A stretch of DNA of 64,000 nucleotides from Planctomycetota bacterium (GTDB taxonomy: Bacteria; Planctomycetota; GCA-002687715; CAIWVZ01): the NCBI GenBank assembly GCA_044222185.1, contig JBGANV010000003.1:800001-864000 (forward strand). Direction: 5' to 3'. The first letter of the stretch is position 1, and every line of letters begins with the position of its first letter. Under the pieces are notes generated by a model that had not been told where the DNA came from, searched no databases, and saw only the letters and a list, made by a program, of their open reading frames with translations. The position numbers and the translations under genes are program-made. Below, in pieces: positions 60,233-64,000 of this stretch.

Positions 60233-61303
60233 TCACTCGACGACGAGCGGCTCGCCCTTGGGGAAGAGCCCGGAGATCCACTCGGTCGTCTTGCGCCACA
60301 TCTCGCCGGAGACCTTCACGACGCCACTCTTCACACTGCCGGCGATGTCGCCGACGATGCCGCGCCCGTGGGAGGCCGCTTCCTTGAAGCACGTCACAAG
60401 TACGCCCTGGACCGAGGCCTCCGTCCATGCGTGGAACGATCGGCAGCGAGCCTTCGCGACGTACCCGATCCGGGTTGTCACCAGCGCGTTCACAATGCCG
60501 TCGGCGACGGGCCCCATCATCGTGCTCGTGGCCTTTCCGAGCCACCCGCCGAGCAATCCGGTCGCGCCCTCGAGAGCCCCCTGGAGCTTGGTCGCGAGGA
60601 ACATGGCCGTCGCGACGTCCCTGAGAACGAAGAGCGTCCCTCGGACACCGGGCCGGCCGTAGTAGACCCCTGCGAGTTTCGTCACGAGGTTCAGGTTGCG
60701 CCAGAGCACGATCCAGGCGTCGACCGTCCCGTTCATCGAGATCGCCGTGCCGAGCCCGACGGCGAGCGCTTCGGCACGGATGATCTGGTTCGCCTCGTCG
60801 TCCAGAGTCTTGTACAGAGGCTCGAACGACGTCGACTCCAGCGACTGGAGCTGAGCGCGCAGCTGCTCGATGGGTCCACCCGGCTTGCAGTCGGCGACGA
60901 AGCGATCGGCTGCATGTCTCGCTTGCATCACCGCGGGCACGGCCGTCGCCATGCGAGGGTTGCGGGCGAGGTTGTCCGCAAGCCGCACGAGGAACCGCCC
61001 ACGCTCCGCGAGGTCGGTGATCGCCGCGGTCTGGATCGAGCCCTGATCATCGGGGGGTCGCACCGCTGCGGGGACGGCCCAGTATCGGATCATCGGTCGA
61101 ACGACGGCGAGCCACAGGCCAGCGGCAACGACCCCCAGGAACAACACCCCGAGGGCCGGGTTGATGTCCCACGCCACGCGGAACCACTCGCGGACCTCGC
61201 GTCCCACGACCAGCACCGCCAGAACGATCATGCCGAGCGAGGCCCATCGGAGCGCCGTCCAGACGCGGCGCAACATCTGTCCGAATTCACCGTTTGGAAT
61301 CAC
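60233..61303 (-). CDS. YcjF/DUF697-like membrane protein
   Basis: Two N-terminal TMs; LDDEANQIIRAEALAVGLGTAIS...VDAWIVLWRNL...YYGRPG; DGIVNALVTTRIG. Confidence 0.8.
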   Translation of the reverse strand: MIPNGEFGQMLRRVWTALRWASLGMIVLAVLVVGREVREWFRVAWDINPALGVLFLGVVAAGLWLAVVRPMIRYWAVPAAVRPPDDQGSIQTAAITDLAERGRFLVRLADNLARNPRMATAVPAVMQARHAADRFVADCKPGGPIEQLRAQLQSLESTSFEPLYKTLDDEANQIIRAEALAVGLGTAISMNGTVDAWIVLWRNLNLVTKLAGVYYGRPGVRGTLFVLRDVATAMFLATKLQGALEGATGLLGGWLGKATSTMMGPVADGIVNALVTTRIGYVAKARCRSFHAWTEASVQGVLVTCFKEAASHGRGIVGDIAGSVKSGVVKVSGEMWRKTTEWISGLFPKGEPLVVE

Positions 61304-61490
61304 GAGGGCCTCCTGGCGTCAAAGCCGAGGGTCACAGGATACGCGGAGCGGCCGTGCAAACGAGCCGGGGCGACGCCGCGGTTCCGCGGCCCGCGTCGAT
61401 CCGAACCGGCAATGGGTGGTAAAACGGCGGCCACCCGACGCCATTCGACGCGCGCCGGCGTTCTCTCGAAACTCGACATCGCGGAATTCC

Positions 61491-62318
61491 ATGGCGCCAA
61501 CCCTCTTCCGTATCGGACCACTCGCCGTGCAGGGCTATGGGTTCATGGTGGCGACGGGCCTGATGCTGTGCTGGCTCCTGCTGCGCCACGAAGGCAAGCG
61601 CAAGCACCTCGACGCCATCGCCGCCGACATTCCATCGCTGTATCTCTGGATGCTGGCTGCGGGTTACGTCGGCGGGAAGCTCTTCTACCTGTGGACGAGC
61701 CCCGAAGAGGCCGAGGCGATCAAACGCGAGAGCGGCGCCTTGGCCCTGGTTGGGACCGGCTTCGTTTTCTACGGCTCGCTGATCTTCTGTCTCCCGACGC
61801 TTTGGTGGTGGCTGAAGAAGCGCTCCCTTCCGATCCTCCCTTCCATCGACGTGGTCATCCTGGCTGCCCCGGTGATGCTCGGCACCGGGCGGATCGGATG
61901 CTTCCTCGCGGGATGCTGCCACGGGTGCCGGTACGACGGCCCCCTGGCCGTGACCTTTCATTCGGGGAAGGGTCTGCAGGACGTGCCCATCCACCCCGCG
62001 CAGCTCTACGAGACGTTCGGCTGCTACCTCGTCTTCGCGATCCTGTGGTTCTTCGTTCGCAAGAAGCCACGTTTCGATGGCGCCGTCGCAGCCTGGTACT
62101 TCGTCCTCTACGGCATCGAGCGATTCGTCGTGGAGTGGTTCCGTGGTGACACGGCGCGCTCGTTCCTGTTTGGAGGCGAGACGCTCAAGGTGGGAGATCC
62201 CCCCACCGGCGTGTCGTTCTCCCAGGGTGTCTCGATACTCATCGTCGCAGCCGGAATCGCGTGGCTGTGGGCCGCACGACACAAACGGCCCATGGTGATC
62301 CGGCCGCGCCGAGCCTGA
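61491..62318 (+). CDS. lgt: prolipoprotein diacylglyceryl transferase
   Basis: YGFMVA, GGKLFY, GFVFYG, GRIGCFLAGCCHG, HPAQLYE, RFVVEWFRGD. Confidence 0.93.
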   Translation: MAPTLFRIGPLAVQGYGFMVATGLMLCWLLLRHEGKRKHLDAIAADIPSLYLWMLAAGYVGGKLFYLWTSPEEAEAIKRESGALALVGTGFVFYGSLIFCLPTLWWWLKKRSLPILPSIDVVILAAPVMLGTGRIGCFLAGCCHGCRYDGPLAVTFHSGKGLQDVPIHPAQLYETFGCYLVFAILWFFVRKKPRFDGAVAAWYFVLYGIERFVVEWFRGDTARSFLFGGETLKVGDPPTGVSFSQGVSILIVAAGIAWLWAARHKRPMVIRPRRA

Positions 62319-62333
62319 CCGGAGTCGACGGCG

Positions 62334-62837
62334 ATGACTGACGACACTGACGACCGGACGACATCCCGCTGCCCGTTCTGCGCCCCCGATTCGGAGGAAT
62401 GCGAGCACGTGGTCGGGATGGCTCACACCGACCCGGTCGAGCTGATGGATGCCTTCGGGACGTGGTCGCAGATCGACGACATCGTCTCCAAGATCGATCG
62501 CTGGGCCGTCGACGGACCGGCAACACTCGACGGGCTCGTGCGATTGGCGAAATTCTGGTGGCTCACGCGCCGCGGTGAAGGCGATGGCCTCTGCGAGCGT
62601 CTGGCGAAACCGCCGGCGATCGCGCGCCGCTTCGACCTCGTGTTGCAGAAGGTCACCCGCGACGACCTGGGCTTGGAGCCACAGGAGGTGCTGGCGCTCC
62701 TCGCCAAGGACCGCGACGCGGCGCACGCGCACATCGAAAGCGTCCTCGACCACGTCCTCGCCGAACTCCGCATCCTCGAGCGGCGGTTCGGTCTCGCGGA
62801 GCCGCAGGCGAAGAACCCCCGACGGGGTCATCGCTGA
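62334..62837 (+). CDS. hypothetical protein with N-terminal CPFC...CEH motif
   Basis: GGAG RBS; fills the gap between lgt and the ROK gene; helical. Confidence 0.65.
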   Translation: MTDDTDDRTTSRCPFCAPDSEECEHVVGMAHTDPVELMDAFGTWSQIDDIVSKIDRWAVDGPATLDGLVRLAKFWWLTRRGEGDGLCERLAKPPAIARRFDLVLQKVTRDDLGLEPQEVLALLAKDRDAAHAHIESVLDHVLAELRILERRFGLAEPQAKNPRRGHR

Positions 62838-62871
62838 CGCCCGCGACTCACGACCACCATCGTCATCCACC

Positions 62872-63771
62872 ATGTCGAACCAAACGCCGCGCCTGGGCGC
62901 CATCGAAGCCGGCGGAACGAAATTCGTGTGCGCGATCGCGACGGCATTGCCGGCGATCGACGACCACACGACGATCCCCACGACCACGCCGGAGGAGACG
63001 ATCGGATCTGCGATCGCCTGGTTCCGTAGCCGAAGGATCGACGCACTCGGTGTCGCGAGCTTCGGCCCCGCCGACCTCGCGCCGTCGAGCCCGACGTTCG
63101 GCCGCATCACGACGACTCCCAAGCCGGGCTGGCGCAACGCCGACGTCGTCGGACCGTTGCGCGCAGCGCTCGGCGTCCCCGTCGTATTCGACACGGACGT
63201 CAACGGCGCGGTGATCGGCGAGGCGGTCTTCGGCGCCGGAGTGGGCGCCGACCCGCTCGTCTACGTCACCGTCGGGACGGGAATCGGCGGCGGGGTGTTC
63301 GTGTCCGGGGCTCCGATCCACGGACTCGCACACCCCGAGGTCGGACACATGCACGTCCGCCGCGCCGCGAACGATCCCTTCGGGGGCTCGTGCCCGTTCC
63401 ACCGCGACTGCCTCGAGGGACTGGCGAGTGGCACCGCCATCCGCAACCGCGCGCGAGGCCGCGGCGGCGAATCGCTCGGCTCCGACGATCCGATCTTCGG
63501 CTTCGTCGCCGGCTACCTGGGACAACTGGCGGCCAACCTGGTCTGCACCGTGTCGCCCAAGCGTCTGATCTTCGGCGGGGGCGTGATGCACCAACCGGGC
63601 ATGATCCAACGCGTGCGCGCGGAGCTGTCCTCGGTCCTCGCAGGCTATGTCGATCGGCCCGAGCTCGGACCTGGCTTGGACCGTTTCCTCGTGCTGCCGG
63701 GACTCGGCGACCGGGCCGGTGTCGTCGGCGCGGCAACGATGGCACGCCGGGCGCTCGACCATTCGGCCTGA
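62872..63771 (+). CDS. ROK family sugar kinase (fructokinase-like)
   Basis: AIEAGGTKFVC, FGP, TTPKPGW, DTDVNGA, TVGTGIGGG, HPEVGH, CPFHRDCLEGLASG. Confidence 0.93.
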   Translation: MSNQTPRLGAIEAGGTKFVCAIATALPAIDDHTTIPTTTPEETIGSAIAWFRSRRIDALGVASFGPADLAPSSPTFGRITTTPKPGWRNADVVGPLRAALGVPVVFDTDVNGAVIGEAVFGAGVGADPLVYVTVGTGIGGGVFVSGAPIHGLAHPEVGHMHVRRAANDPFGGSCPFHRDCLEGLASGTAIRNRARGRGGESLGSDDPIFGFVAGYLGQLAANLVCTVSPKRLIFGGGVMHQPGMIQRVRAELSSVLAGYVDRPELGPGLDRFLVLPGLGDRAGVVGAATMARRALDHSA

Positions 63772-63998
63772 GCCAACCGCCGGGAGACGGCGAAGATCCG
63801 CCGGAACACGGCCTCCCTCTCCGCCGAGCTCAGCTCGCGGCTCCCGCCTGAGCACACGGCCGCGAGCATGGCGGATTCGCGCTTGCGGTCGACAGCGGGC
63901 TCGCCGTGCCGGGCCTTCCAGCGTGCGATCCGCCGGACGAGCCGCGCCCGCTCGTCGAGCAGGCGCACGAGGCTCTCGTTCACCGCGTCGATTTCGGC
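63645..63998 (-). CDS. chorismate mutase (AroQ type), 5'-truncated by the window edge
   Basis: AEIDAVNESLVRLLDERARLVRRIARWK...DRKRE...VFRRIFAVSR. Confidence 0.82.
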   Translation of the reverse strand, partial: AEIDAVNESLVRLLDERARLVRRIARWKARHGEPAVDRKRESAMLAAVCSGGSRELSSAEREAVFRRIFAVSRRLAQAEWSSARRAIVAAPTTPARSPSPGSTRKRSKPGPSSGRST

Positions 63999-64000
63999 TC

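Noticed and set aside
1-64000. rRNA, tRNA (including tRNA-Sec), CRISPR arrays, IS elements, prophage genes
   Set aside because: None recognised by eye; any Sec machinery must lie elsewhere. tRNAscan-SE and Infernal were not run.

Overview
A gene-dense, high-GC bacterial window with about 50 CDS. I saw no rRNA, tRNA, CRISPR array or transposase. The gene content (STPSQ-type ECF sigma plus kinase-like partner, FG-GAP, carboxypeptidase-regulatory-domain and C-type-lectin secreted proteins) suggests Planctomycetota (inference). Housekeeping genes include moaD/moaE, mrp, tkt, icmF, lgt, a ROK kinase, a chorismate mutase fragment, several peptidases and an ABC-2 exporter. Highlights: (1) a DsbD whose thioredoxin motif reads FTGFS-UGA-PNC, followed by a SECIS-like hairpin, so probably a ~928-aa selenoprotein that ORF callers split; (2) an ECF sigma paired with a catalytically dead Hanks-type pseudokinase; (3) a secreted protein / divergent sigma-like / zinc-anti-sigma-TPR trio; (4) an operon of repeat surface protein, 3 glycosyltransferases, ABC exporter, 2 APH-like kinases and an alginate-export-type porin; (5) a shared Gly/Pro-rich C-terminal domain on unrelated secreted proteins, possibly a sorting signal; (6) Mrp lacking CxxC, a dead beta-lactamase fold and a structured-RNA candidate upstream of icmF. 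All family calls come from motif recognition by eye, not database searches. Many start codons were moved downstream of the ORF-track starts.
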